Below, piece after piece: positions 36,914-50,401 of a stretch of DNA of 64,000 nt. The stretch is from contig OZ076414.1 in the NCBI GenBank assembly GCA_964187785.1, forward strand, positions 44,764,001-44,828,000. Direction: 5' to 3'. The translations under genes were made by a program, and so were the position numbers. Numbering within the stretch: the stretch's first letter is position 1; the number at the start of each line of letters is the position of its first letter. The stretch comes from Amphiscolops sp. MND2022. Its lineage: Eukaryota. The notes below the pieces were generated by a model that saw nothing but the letters and a program-made list of their open reading frames with translations, was not told the DNA's origin and did no database searches.

Positions 36914-39900
36914 TCGCCGGCTCTGTTTTTCTCCCGAAAAACACTTTCATAGAACATGGGTGCCAGTTTCACTACTGGTATTTTCCATTTCCAGTTTTCA
37001 CCAGCGCTGATCTGACTAGCCCATCGCTTCCATGAAAGACTTCTAACAACCTTCCCATTTTGTAGTGTGCTCTTTCCACATTTTCAACAACTCTCCAAAT
37101 CAAATCATTGACTTCTAGATGTCTAACTTTTTCTTTATTCCATTTAGATCTCTCAATCCATTGGGGTAAATTTTCTCTATCCCATCCGCTCCAAATCAAG
37201 TCTGCATATGCTTGTGATACTCTGAATACTCTTCTCAGATCTGTATATCGCTGAGCGTCAGAAATGAATGGGGTTGCTGGACTCGCACGTCCTAGCAGGA
37301 AGTGGTGAAGTGGTTTGGAGTCAAAGCTTCCAAATCTTCAGGATCATCACTACTATTAGTTAGAGATCTCGAATTCAACATCTGCTCTACCAGACACATT
37401 GGTGTGGATAATATATCATCTGTCAATGTTCTGTTTCCCATAGTCGACAACATGGCTTTCTTGCAGCTTCTGACCATTCGCTCCCAAACACCTCCAAAAT
37501 GCGTTATAGCAGCAAGACATGCGTCGGCTTCCAGGCTGGGCACAACTTCAACATGTGAAAAGACAACACCATCGTTTCATTGATTTCCTTATGAATCTCA
37601 CTTTGAATGGTCCAAAATATTCTACTCCAGTGTTGGCAAATGGAAAAACTCTTTCTTCCAATCTTTCTTTAGGTAGGTCTTCCATGAAAGGTTGAACTCC
37701 GCCAACATGTTGCTTTCTGCACTTAACACACTTCTGATTGTCCATAAATGGTGACAGTTTGTTCAAGTAATCAGATGCAGCCATTGGTCTACCTGCGGAA
37801 AATGCTTGATAAGTTTGACTTTTACCGAAGCTTTTCATCTGGCTTTTCCGCAGTATCATTTGTGTCAATTGCTGCATTTCTTCTGTTATTACCACTTTTC
37901 CTTTTAATTTAGATTTGAACTGAGGGCAATAGGCGAAGATCTGCGTTATTCTTCTGAACGAACCGAACTTCTCTCAATCAATGTCCTTTTCTTCTGACAA
38001 GACTTCCAAGACTTGTTCTATGTCTTCTGTTTTTTGCTGAAACATTTGTGGTGAAGTTTGTGGCCAAGCATCTTCTTTAAATCGAAGCCAAGTCGGCCGT
38101 GTGAACCATTCGCTCATTTCCAGTTCTTGAACAGATTTTCTTCTTGTCCCAATGTCGGCATGGTTTAAGGTTCCTTCGACATTTCTCCACTGATCAATGG
38201 TTGAACTGTCAAGGATTTCAGCGACTGTGTTCGCTACAAACACCAGTTGTTACTTGTCAGCTCCATGCAATCATTGCAAAACAGTTGTCGAATCCGTCCG
38301 AAAGAAAAATCGTTCAATTTCAACGTCGTGTTCGTCTACGATCGGGTTCCGTACATAGCTGCTTGTAGCATCAGTGGGGGAATTGATTGTTGCTTCATTG
38401 GCGCTACTCGGCATTTCCCTACCACATAGGCAAGCTCTCCAGTTTGTTGATCTCGAACGTAGGCAAATATACACATGGCGTTCAGGGATGCATCGGCGAA
38501 AATATGCAAGTCCACTACTTCAGCATTTTTCGATAAATCCTTTCTTTTGATAGCCATTTCCTTCATGTGATTCAACTCCGATACCCAATCCTTGAATGCT
38601 ATCTCGTCTCCTGGAGATAACTCTTCGTCCCACGATTGCCCATGTTTCTTCCAAAATCCTTCGATCAACAATCTCATCCTCACTGTGAAAGGGGAAAACA
38701 GTCCCAACGTCAAACACAGGATACTTGAGATAGAACAATTCTCTGAGTGACTTTGGCAGGCACCTTTTTTCCCGTACCGCGGCGAATTTCAAGACTGTCT
38801 GACTCCACATTCCACTGGAGTCCCAAGAGGGTGCCAAAGGTTCAGCTTCGAATGATTTGCTTAGCGAAACTGATCTGTCTTGCGAAGGAATTTCTTCCAT
38901 TACGTTTTCTATTACATTTCCTTAGTTGAAATCCACGATCAGCTAAGGATTTTAGCAAGTTTTTATACACTTCCACAGCTTCTTCCTCTGAAGCTACTGA
39001 GTTCACAAAGTCATCCATATAGAAAATTTCTGTTAATTAAACTTGAGACCTTTCCATTGTCGCTTCCGCAGTTTCTTCCGACATGTTGCAAAGCATAGTT
39101 GACACATGTTGGCGATTTCTTGGCTCCAAAAATATGTCTTCCATGTTCATAGACAGAGATAGGTTCAGTATTGCTTTCTCTCCACGGGAATCTGAGTACG
39201 TCTCAATCTGCAGGGGGTACTTTTTCTTGGAGAAACATCACTTCGACATCTGCTGTCAAGACACTTTGTTTCTTCCTGAATCTGAAGATTATTCCTATCA
39301 GCGATTGTAGGAGGTCTGGACCTTCCATCAAAGTGTATCATTTAGTGAAACACCTCCGAAAATTGAAGCAGCGTTGCATACTCGTCTCACTTTGTCTGGC
39401 TTGTTCGGGTTCAGCACAGGGAGATGCGGAACGTACCACGGAAGGCCTTTTTTAGTGTTTTCAAGCTCTGCTTCAACCAGAATTCTCTCGAATCCTTTTT
39501 GTACGTCCACATCGATCATCTCTTTGTAGCGTTGTTTCAAGTTCTCATTCTTTTCCAGTCGGCGCTCGAGAGACTTCAACTGACTTACTGCTGAACTGTA
39601 GTTGTTCGGCAATGGCGGCTTTGCATTTTTCCAAAGCAGTCCGACCTCAAACTTCTCTCCATCGAACTTTGTGGTTGCCTTGAGCATTTTGAGGGCCTTG
39701 TTGTCTCCGTTGGACCTTCCGGATACGCTACGGTTAGAAGCATACAAATTCCATGCTCCACCAAGCATTCACTTGATCCGCTAATGGGTCCACTTCTGCA
39801 GCAAGCAGACATTCAGTTGCAAGTTTTGCAGTTTCTTGTTAAGGCGAGGGTCCACTGAGCATCCATCCCAGCTTCGTTCGCACTGCCCAGGGCTTTGCGT

Positions 39901-39950
39901 TTCCACACTTTCTGTAGTCAATTGCTCTGTGCAAGTGATAACAATCTTGT
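36914..39950 (-). pseudogene. pol: BEL pol remnants (RT, RNase H, integrase), deleted and frameshifted
   Basis: ORF fragments 39328-39768, 38336-38713, 37974-38243, 37548-37895, 37292-37543 and 36972-37199 carry BEL/Pao motifs. Protease and the gag knuckles are not seen. Confidence 0.9.
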
Positions 39951-40222
39951 CCCAAGATGACTTTTACATCTCCCAAGTTGATGGTAGAAACTTTCAAAAC
40001 TGACAGGCGGGTCAGCTTGTCTTGTCAGTCAGCTATTTCACTTTGTTCTGCACAGCGTCTGATTTTCTCCAGGCGGGTTTGCAATTTTTATCGCTGCTTC
40101 AAAGCGTTTAGCTCCAAATCAAGAACTCGTCTTACACTTGACGTTTTCGAGAACACAGAGCTTTTGTTGCTTTTGGTTTTGTCACCTTGCGAGTGTATGC
40201 TCAATTCTCCTATTGGCTGTGA

Positions 40223-43200
40223 TCAAACCCCATTTCTTGACTCTTCACTGTCATTCGTGTTGTGACCGTCGAGTTCCGTTTGCTCGTAGTCAACTTCCTT
40301 ATCTTTTCGAGGTGAAGTGTCGCAGGACTTTATTTGTTGCTCTTGCCAAATCACATGGGCACGGGCTAGGATTTCTTCCATGCGGTGCAGTTCACGGTAG
40401 ATCGAAGTCTTTCCAACAGGCTTCAAAATCTCATTCATTTCAACCACAATTTCAGCTCTTCTTTTGAGAGTTCCTTCTTTGTTTCCTACATAGGTCTTGT
40501 AATCCTCTGCATTGCAAAGTGCATCTGGTTTCTTTTCGATTTCACCTTCGTTTTTCTCAATCATTTCATCACAGTTCTCGTTGGAGTTTTGAAGCTGTAG
40601 GAACTGCTTCAACTGTCTTTCAATATTTAGGCATCGCATAATTGTGATCATCTGACCAATGTTTTTACTTCGTCCTTCCAAGGACGGTAATTCATCACGA
40701 TACCTGGATAGCCTGTCGCTTTTATTATCTGTCCATTCTGGCTGATACTTGGATTTCAAGAGCGCTTTGTTCGCTGCGAAGAATTTCTCCAATCTGGTCA
40801 GTAGGTCTTGCCGGTTGGTTTTTGTTGCTCTTGCCAAATCACATGGGCACGGGCTAGGATTTCTTCCATGCGGTGCAGTTCACGGTAGATCGAAGTCTTT
40901 CCACCAGGCTTCAAAATCTCATTCATTTCAACCACAATTTCAGCTCTTCTTTTGAGAGTTCCTTTTTTGTTTTCTACAAAGGTCTTGTAATCCTCTGCAT
41001 TTCAAAGTGCATCTGGTTTCTTTTCGATTTCACCTTCGTTTTTCTCAATCATTTCTTCACAGTTCTCGTTGGAGTTTTGAAGCTGTAGGAACTGCTTCAA
41101 CTGTCTTTCAATATTTAGGCATCGCATAATTGTGATCATCTGACCAATGTTTTTACTTCGTCCTTCCAAGGACGGTAATTCATCACGATACCTGGATAGC
41201 CTGTCGCTTTTATTATCTGTCCATTCTGGCTGATACTTGGCTTTCAAGAGCGCTTTGTTCGCCGCGAAGAATTTCTCCAATCTGGTCAGTAGGTCTTGCC
41301 GGTTTGCCAGAAGATATGCAAGGTCCTCCTTTGTCCTGTTGTCTTTACGCAGCTCCGCATGTATTGTATCCACATTTGCCTCAAACATTTGAATTGCTTT
41401 CATGTTGCTCTCCCATTGTGGCTTGTCCATGGAGTTCTTCAAATGGTAGTCGATTCTTTTGTAATCAATTCTCTTTGGTTCAGCCATCTCTTCACTTTTC
41501 GACTGAATTTATTTCCCTAAGTCACAATAGCCCAATGCCCCAGAGACACAATAGCCCAATCTCCCAGAGACACAGTCGCCCATTCTCCTAGAGACACAGA
41601 TCAGAGACTCCAAGATCGAGACACTAGTTCTTCTTGGGCAATCTTCTCAGTTGTCCACCAACGAGACGTCTTCGTCCTCGTCTACTTCTTCTTGTCAGGG
41701 TCGGCGGACCAAATGTAACGGCTGCTTGCCTTTATCCTGCGCTGAGGCTTGACAAACTTTACGCCGCCCTGATCCGTTGCTTAGTACTGTGGACCGTTAC
41801 TATACAAATCGTGTTTTTCTTGTGATAAAGGACTGTATCTTGTGGCTGGTGTGTCCGGTGTGACCAGTGGAATCTCCTGCGATCCCTCTTTGCACTTGTT
41901 TGGATCCGATGTGATCCGTAACACACTTCCGTCACTGTATCTTCACTTGCTCCGGCTCTCCAACTTTGAGAGTAGCTACTTAGTCGTTTTAACTCTAACG
42001 AAACCTTGTTACTTTTCGACTTCATCTTCGTTTTTCTCAATCATTTCATCACAGTTCTCTTTGGAATTTTAAGCTGTAGGAACTCCTTCAACTGTCTTTC
42101 ACTATTTAGGCATCGCATAATTGTGATCATCTGACCAATGTTTTTACTTCGTCCTTCCAAGGACGGTAATTCATCACGATACCTGGATAGCCTGTCGCTT
42201 TTATTATCTGTCCATTCTGGCTGATACTTGGCTTTCAAGAGCGCTTTGTTCGCCGCGAAGAATTTCTCCAATCTGGTCAGTAGGTCTTGCCGGTTTGGCA
42301 GAAGATATGCAAGGTCCTCCTTTGTCCTGTTGTCTTTACGCAGCTCCGCATGTATTGTATCCACATTTGCCTCAAACATTTGAATTGCTTTCATGTTGCT
42401 CTCCCATTGTGGCTTGTCCATGGAGTTCTTCAAATGGTAGTCGATTCTTTTGTAATCAATTCTCTTTGGTTCAGCCATCTCTTCACTTTTTGACTGAATT
42501 TATTTCCCTAAGTCACAATAGCCCAATGCCCCAGAGACACAATAGCCCAATCTCCCAGAGACACAGTCGCCCATTCTCCCAGAGACACAGATCAGAGACT
42601 CCAAGATCGAGACACTAGTTCTTCTTGGGCAATCTTCTCAGTTGTCCACCAACGAGACGTCTTCGTCCTCGTCTACTTCTTCTTGTCAGGGTCGGTGGAC
42701 CAAATGTAACGGCTGCTTGCCTTTATCCTGCGCTGAGGCTTGACAAACTTTACGCCGCCCTGATCCGTTGCTTAGTACTGTGGACCGTTACTATACATAT
42801 CGTGTTTTTCTTGTGTTAAAGGACTGTATCTTGTGGCTGGTGTGTCCGATGTGACCAGTGGAATCTCCTGCGATCCCTCTTTGCACTTGTTTGGATCCGA
42901 TGTGATCCGTAACACACTTCCGTCACTGTATCTTCACTTGCTCCGGCTCTCCAACTTTGAGAGTAGCTACTTAGTCGTTTTAACTCTAGCGAAACCTGGT
43001 TACTTTTCGACTTCATCTTCGTTTTTCTCAATCATTTCATCACAGTTCTCTTTGGAATTTTGAATCTGTAGGAACTCCTTCAACTGTCTTTCACTATTTA
43101 GGCATCGCATAATTGTGATCATCTGACCAATGTTTTTACTTCGTCCTTCCAAGGACGATAATTCATCACGATACCTGGATAACCTGTCGCTTTTATTATC

Positions 43201-43470
43201 TGTCCATTCTGGCTGGTACTTGGCTTCCAAGAGCGCTTTGTTCGTCGCGAATCGTTTGTCCAATCTGGTCAGTAGTCTTTGTCGGTTTGGCAGAAGATAT
43301 GCAAGGTGCTCCTTTGTGCTGTTGTCTTTACGCAGCTCGGCATGTATTGTATCCACTTTTGCCTCAAACATTTGAATTGCTTTCATGTTGCTCTCCCATT
43401 GTGGCTTGCCCATAGAGCTCTTCAAATGGTAGTCATTTCTTTTGTAATCAGTTCTCTTTGGTTCAGCCAT
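40223..43470 (-). CDS. Four tandem copies of a helical, coiled-coil-like ORF (MAEPKRIDYKR...), probably the BEL gag N-terminus
   Basis: ORFs 43000-43470, 42041-42478, 41002-41487 and 40223-40837 share near-identical peptide (NRQDLLTRLEKFFAANKALL...SLEGRSKNIGQMITIMRCLN). Confidence 0.7.
41714..42003 (-). repeat. Internal partial BEL LTR (last 290 bp) followed by a PBS at 41694-41711
   Basis: Matches the left 290 bp of 43833-44766, followed by TGGTCCGCCGACCCTGAC. Confidence 0.9.
42705..42994 (-). repeat. Internal partial BEL LTR (last 290 bp) followed by a PBS at 42685-42702
   Basis: Same as 41714-42003, followed by TGGTCCACCGACCCTGAC. Confidence 0.9.
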
Positions 43471-43504
43471 CTCTTCACTTTGGTCTGAATTTAGTTCCCA
43501 AAGT

Positions 43505-43722
43505 CACAATAGCCCAATGTCCCAGAGACACAATAGCCCAATCTCCCAGAGCCAGAGTAGCCCAATCTCCCAGACACACAGTGGCCCAATTTCCCAAAGC
43601 CCCAATCTCCCAGAGGCACAGTAGCCCAATCTCCCAGAGACACAGTAGCCCAATCTCCCAGAGGCACAGTAGCCCCAATGTCCCAGAGATACATTAGCCC
43701 AATCTCCCAGAGACACAAATCA
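43505..43722. repeat. ~24-bp minisatellite in the BEL 5' leader
   Basis: TAGCCCAATCTCCCAGAGACACAG, about 8-9 units here versus 3-4 units in the duplicated leaders (41527-41610, 42518-42600). Confidence 0.85.
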
Positions 43723-43832
43723 GAGACTCCAAGTTCGAGACAATAGTTCTTCTTGGGCAATCTGTTCAGTTGTCCACCAACGAGACATCTTCGTCCTCGT
43801 CTACTTTTTCTTGTCCGGGTCGGCAGACCAAA

Positions 43833-44766
43833 TGTAACGGCTGCTTGCCCTTATCCTGCGCTGAGGCTTGACAAACTTTACGCCGCCCTGATCCGTTGTT
43901 CAGTACTGTGGACCGTTACTATACATATCCTGTTTTTCTTGTGTTAAAGGACTGTATGATGTGGCTGGTGGGTCCTATGTGACCCGTGGAATCTCCTGCG
44001 ATCCCTCTTTGCACTTGTTTGGATCCGATGTGATCCGTAACACACTTCCGTCACTGTATCTTCACTTGCTCCGGCTCTCCAACTTTGAGAGTAGCTACTT
44101 AGTCGTTCTAACTCTAGCGAAAAGTTGTGAATATTGAGGAGTTGATTAATTAGTCTCTTGGTCGTAAGAACCTACTTGACAATAGCTGTTGAGTCGTGAA
44201 CATCTCCATCTAACTGGTTTAAATATCGTTTACAATTCTTCAGTAAATATAAGCAAAGTTAAGTAAGTACAAATAAATGGCATTTACAGCATAAAATGAA
44301 GTTATTGGCTAAGTAAACAAACCATGTGGCGGTTTTGGCATAATGGTTAGGTGGGCTAGAAAGTATGTTTACAAAATATAAAATCATTAATTTCAACAGA
44401 GTTACCTTTCCTTCAAGGTCATACGAGAAAATCACAAAATAATTAATACATCAAAATTGGACAATTCATGGGGCCGACCTAGGTCACTTTGGGTGTTAAG
44501 TGCTCGGAACCCAGGAGAGATACGGGGTAGGGTGGTTCGAGTGAAAGTTGAGTTACCACCTCTAGTATATGCATGCTAAATTTCAGGGTGACTGAATGAG
44601 TGCTTCTCAAAATGGGGGATGGTGTTTTTTACACGAAGCCATTTTTGCTAAAAGTTGTAGGTTTGCAACTAGAATCTTGATAAACTTTCTAAAAGTTTTG
44701 AGTTCTAAGTTTCATCAGTCACATTTAAATTTGAACTTCTGATCTTGCAATTGGATGGCGCCAACA
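43833..44766 (-). repeat. BEL 5' LTR (934 bp)
   Basis: Followed on the minus strand by TT then TGGTCTGCCGACCCGGAC (PBS, 43813-43830). Confidence 0.9.
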
Positions 44767-46030
44767 GGAGTCACCTTTAGGTAGGATGATAAGAGGATTT
44801 AAATAAGTTGTGTCATAAACTGGTTTGTCTTGTGGAGAAGACCCGATTGGTTTTACGATGTTATGTTTTTCCAGTTCTGCAAAAGGAGCCTTGAGTTTAT
44901 CGCGATAATGGATTGGTACTTTAGAGGGACGTTGTGTAAAAAGTTGAGCATTGGGTTTGAGTCTAATACGGAATGGAGTAGCACTTTTACCAACATCATT
45001 TTTATGTGTTCCATAGCAAGTTTTGTATTTGAGCAATAAGTTACAAAGAGTAACATTTTCAGCGTCAGTAAGGTCAGAGAATTGGAAGTTGAATTTGTTT
45101 ATGAACCTGAGATTTTCTACAGTGTATGGTAATGCAGGAAAAACTCGAGGTGTTGAAGTCTGAGATGCTGGTTGTACATTATAGAATTGTAATTTTATAG
45201 ATGGTGTCTCAGAGTCTGTCATATAAACTTGATAAAGTTCTGCATTATCTTCTTGTATATTGTAGTTTGTTTGTGGAATACGTTCTGCAATATAAGGATG
45301 ATAAATATGTGCAACATTGTGTGTAAGAGTATTAATATATATTACATGGTAATATTTGGGTTTTTCATTAGTAATTGGACAATCTATATAGCCAATATGT
45401 CCTGTAGGTAACGTTGCAATACGGCTAATAGAGTTTTGTATAATAGTAGCACAGTTTCTGGTTTATAATCTGTGAACTCTTCAATAAAACTGAATGTTGT
45501 ACAAAATTTAGTAGAGAAAATAAGTGTGTGGAATTGTAGGAAATAATTGACTTTGTGGAGTAGTCGAAAGTGAAGGTTATATTAGTTTTTGATTATGATG
45601 TATGCAATTTTGGAAGAATTAGTTTTCAGACAGATTTGTGTTTCAGAATTGATTCTGCAAATATATGAGAAATACGGGTAGTCTAATTTGGGTGTACTAT
45701 TGATTGATGTTTGAATTGTAAGGTAAAGTCTTGTATTTTTATATTTTGAATATATTCTTCAAAGAAGGGTGTACCAAGGATATTGTATTTTTTACCTGCT
45801 ACTGCAAAATATATTGTAAATTGACGAGAGTCGTCTTCTTTTGTTGTGTTTATAGTTGTGGAGTTTTGCGATAGTAAGATAAGTAGGATGATTAAAGACA
45901 GAGATTGAAGCACCACTATCCAAAAGGAATGAAATAAAATTTGCAATCATGATGAAAAGTCACGTTGACTTTGGTTTGATGTTGTGTGTATATATAACGA
46001 GTAGAACCAACTTGTTGGTAATACAGCGTT
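44767..46030 (-). pseudogene. pol: Element 2 protease and start of RT (right of the BEL insertion)
   Basis: FLLDSGASISV near 45900-45925; PFRIRLKP...PSKVP...YLNPLIILPKGDS runs up to the BEL junction. Confidence 0.85.
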
Positions 46031-46032
46031 TG

Positions 46033-48563
46033 CTATTTCGGTTGGGTGATACATATGTACTTCAAAGTTAATTGGATTTTGTTGACTTTCTGTTTGTATT
46101 GTATTAAATTTGTTTCTTGTATTTGAGTTTGAGCGAGATCTAGAAAATCTAGAATCTCTTGGTCGTGAAGGTGGTCTAAAGGAAGATGTGTATCTTGTAA
46201 AATTGTTGTTATCTCATGAATATGAGCGTGATCTCTAACGGTCGCGGGAGTCACGTCTATTAGGTGAACTATAAAAGGATCTATACGGGGAGCAATAAGA
46301 TCGCGAGTCTCGTTTATAATTGTCATATCGTGATCGAGCGTATTGTTGAGGAGTAGTAATTTTGTCATAACCAAATCGATCTCTAGATGAAGAGCGATAT
46401 CTATTTTGTGAATTGTTGTTTTTGGTATAATAAGTATTCCGTGATGTACGTCTACTTTGATATCGTGTATCATATCGTTTTGTTCTGTCGTTTGAGGGGG
46501 AACGAAAGTATTGTACAAAAGATTTTTGAGGAGATTTTGATCTAGCATAAGCATCTCTTTTGTCTTCATCATCCCATTGCTTTTTGAAACAAGCGGAGAT
46601 GAAATGATTTGTTCTATGACAATAGAAGCACAATTTTTGTAAGGTTCATGTGCGTTATTTGGGTCTCGTGGTCGTGTAAACATAACTTGTTCTTGTTGTG
46701 ATGAGTCAAGCGTTCGTGTTTGAAGTTGTTTTGTAATGTTATGTACTTCAAGAGTAAGATCATGTGTTCGAATTTTATCATTTGCTATATCTTCGCAGTC
46801 AACGAGCTTTATCAGTGTATGAAAAGGAATAGAAGGTTCTAAAACAGTAGAGGAGTGTTTCACTTGTCTGTTATTAGCAAAGTCTTTAAGATTTTTGGGA
46901 AGTCCTGTTGTAAAATTTTTGTTGCAGTTTAGTAGATTCTTTTTCGTTGCACCAGCCTTTTCCAACTAGTTGTTGAACTTTAAGTGCAAAGTGACGACAG
47001 TGTTTCATTGACCTTTTTTAACTAGATTAAGGGTTTCTACTTGAGCATAATAAGCGTTTTTCTGTGAAAAAAATTGTTTTTAAATGCTTGGACAAAATCG
47101 GGCCATTCTTGTTTGTAAGTGTCATATAATCATATAAACAAATGTACCACCTGAAAGCTGTCCAATTAGGGAGCATTGTATGAAAGCTTTACTTCGAGCG
47201 TGCCAAAATTACTTTTTATGGTCAGATGTTGGTTGTAGACCGAGTGAAAATGTAACACGTGCCTCAATATGTTGTAAATATTCTTCTGGTGTATAATTGT
47301 GACCTAAACCATCAAAAGGTTTGATAGGTTCGGAAATTTGATGTTGAAGAGTTGATATACGTTAGATTTGAAACTGTAGAGTTAAACAGTGTGGATGGAG
47401 CAACTGTATTCTAAGTAGGTGTATTTGAAGCGTTTGGATGTATATTTTGTCGGTTTGTAAAATGTTGAGTGTATGAAGCATTAATATGAGGATTTGTTCT
47501 AATAGTTGTAGAGGAAATATTTGGTATCTGAAATTGTGTATTTTGTAAAATCTTTCTTGACGGATTTGATGGTTGAGATGTTGAAAAAAAATTTAGAGAA
47601 TTTGATTGATTATTACTCGTTGTAGAGTGTTGTGTAAATTTGGTATTTGTATTTGTAAGGCTATGAGACAATGGAGGTCTAGAAAGCTTTTGAGAGGTAG
47701 TATATTTATGTAGTGTAATAATGGTTGAACCAGGTTGTATATTGTGTGTTTGTGTATTTTGAGCTCAAGTGTACGTTCGAATTTGTAACATTGGTTGTCT
47801 TGTTGGAGTGGTTCGAAGTTGTTTGAAAGTTGTTTGAAAGTGTACAGAAGGTTGAACTTGGGATGTGTTTGTATTATTTGTTTTGGATGAACCTTGGAGT
47901 TATGTGCAGGAGTTTGAGTAATATATTGTGATGGAAGAGATGCTGGGTCATAATTGCGCGGCGATAGTTGTCGTATCTGAGATGGTTGAGTAATATTAGT
48001 AATTGTTGTGGATAATGTGGATGAATTATCTTGGTTTCAATTGTCATTTGTGTTACTTGGTTTGGATCATTATTTGTATTTGGAGTTATCCTATGTATTG
48101 GAATTTGTAAAACAATTGATTCAGTATTTATTGTTACCCTTTGTGTATTGTTTATGGTTGAATCAGAGAGTTCTGATATAATCTGTAACGTAACAGTATC
48201 CGAAGGACTTGTTAGGTTTTGTTGTGTAGTAAGATCTTGTCGTTGATGAGGTATTGTATTTAAATGTTGAGGTTCTGCATTTTGAGGCGTTTCTGTATTT
48301 TGAAACCTTTCTGTGTTGTCATCTTGATTGGGTTGTAATGTATCTTGATCATATTCTTCAAAGAAAGGATCTGAAATAATGTTTGATGTAAGATATGGTC
48401 TGCTGTCTGATTTCTCTGAGTGTTCCACTAAGGAAGTGTTATCAAACGTAATTATTTCTAAATAGTTAGTATTGAGTGATGTGAGATTTTGGTAATGTAA
48501 GCGTTTACTTCTATTATCTATAATATATGGTAGAAGTACAGTATCTGTCAATACTTGAAGCAA
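46033..48563 (-). pseudogene. gag: Element 2 gag (fragmented), CCHC knuckle and RS-rich tail
   Basis: CFYCHRTNHFISAC at the start of ORF 46235-46633, followed by RSKSP/RYRSSSRDR repeats. Upstream Asn/Thr/Gln-rich fragments. Many frameshifts. Confidence 0.75.
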
Positions 48564-50384
48564 ATAAATATACGCATTTTGACCTTGTTGTTCCCATAGT
48601 AATTGGTAAATGTATCCAAGAATTTAACTAAAAAGTGCGGTAAGATTTTGAGTTGTGGTTTTGTATTTTCATTGAGTATGATGTTTTGAAAGAATCTGTT
48701 TTGTATTTGTTTAATCTGTAGAATATCTTGTTGTAACCAATAGTGAGGGTTGTTATGTCGTTATATCTTTGTTTCAAGGTATGGTACTTCAAAATAGTCA
48801 TGTTTTTCTTTTAGACTTTTTAAATGAGACGGAACGAGATATAGTGGTGGGTCTAAATTTTCATTATGTTATATAAGTTTGTTCATATACTTAACAAAAA
48901 CATCTTGTACAGATAATGCTATATTTTGCGGATGAATTGTTCTATGCTAAATTCCAGTATTCATACCTTGGACTGGGTTAAAAATGATTTAAAAAGGAGT
49001 TCGAGATTGTGTTATTTTTCTAATGTTTTGTATCGGGAGTAATATAGATAAGAATCACCTAGTTCTCTAGCTAAAGAAATAGTGTCTTTTGTATGGGCTT
49101 CTGTTTCAAATGAAAGTGGATTTGTGTACTGAAAGATTATGTTCTTCAAAAATGGTATTACGTATTACGTGGTTAGTAAGAGAACGTATTTGTCGTTTAT
49201 CGGATGATAATACAAACGGTGTTGGAAGCATTGTTCTAGTTGATGATAGTTTGATATATGATTAATCAGAATAGGAGGTTTGCCATAGGGGATATATGTA
49301 CTGTAGAATAGAATCTTTTGTGTTAAATTTGGAATTAAATGGGAGTATTTGATCTGTAAACGTGATTTGAAGAATGATTACAAGTGCTGTACAAAGGATG
49401 AGTAAAAATTTGTTAGATATATGATATAAATGTAAGAAGTGTACAAAATGTATGATAGATACTAAGTAGTCAAAAAAGATGTAGTTTTATATTAGTTAGC
49501 ATAGAGGAGGGAGGAGTTATATACCAGAATTTAGGTATAAAAGATATTAGAAATCTGTCAAAAATAAGAGCGAGACCAGCAAGAAGTCCAAAGGAGATCC
49601 AAAGGCATATTATGAATTTTACTATATCATCAGCCGAAAGCATCTATGTATTAGATTGAAAGAGTTATGTTTTAGAAGTTGTACTGAAAAGTAGGATCAG
49701 AGTTGTTTTGTAAACTGTTTGAGTCAAATATAATGTACCCTATTTGTGTTTTTGTTATATGTTAAAATTCGATCTTTTGTACAATATGTGGATATCCGAT
49801 AGACTGTTAACAAGTATTGAAATTTGGAGAAGTTATAGAGGGTTAAATGAGGTATGTATAGCAAAATTTTGTTTGTCAATTTAAGAAAGTGTATTTGTGT
49901 TTCATAGGTGTGCCAACTTTAAGTTGATCCAAGTGGCTAGAACCAAAGCGTTTTCACTAGCAGGAATCGCTCGATAGCACTGTAGAAGGAAGGCCAACAC
50001 CTATCGCACAACTGCGGTTGGAACAGAAAAAAGACCAACAGGGATCACTGTTGAGGTGATTGGAAGGGAGAATAATTCACCAACACGAATCATTTTTATG
50101 TGGTTGGAACGGAAAACTGTTATTACCAACACGAATCACTCAAGGGTGGTTGGAACGGAGAAAGAGTTAACTGACAGGAATTACGTTTGTGAACGCAGTC
50201 AGAACCATAGGCCAACACGACTCAATTTTGGAGAAAATTGGTTGGAACGTTAAGTTAAGAACGGTAGACGATGAACAGACGAGGAGAAACGGTGTGTCGA
50301 ACAAAGAGGTATCGGATGAGAAAGTTGAGGAAGGTTGTAATGTACGTGTAAAGTTGTTCCACCAGAGGGAGAGAAAAGAGAATT

Positions 50385-50399
50385 TTCGTGATCGCACCA
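50385..50399 (-). promoter_or_regulatory. Element 2 primer-binding site
   Basis: TGGTGCGATCACGAA begins 2 nt after the LTR end. Confidence 0.65.
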
Positions 50400-50401
50400 A
50401 T

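Larger units (their letters stand above)
35979..44766 (-). mobile_element. BEL/Pao LTR retrotransposon nested in element 2 pol (internally deleted and rearranged)
   Basis: LTRs 35979-36913 and 43833-44766 (TGTAAC...AACA), near-TSD AGAGT/GGAGT. Host pol rejoins across it (KGDS|...LDAR). BEL-type motifs: WYVPHLPVLNPNKPDKVRRV, YMDDF, DLHIFADAS, PFANTGVEYFGP, KRWCCLFTC. Confidence 0.93.

Noticed and set aside
48600-49950. Separate membrane-protein ORF upstream of element 2 gag
   Set aside because: A hydrophobic stretch appears in one frame near 49560-49640, but decay is too heavy to tell the real frame; it may simply be the gag 5' region.
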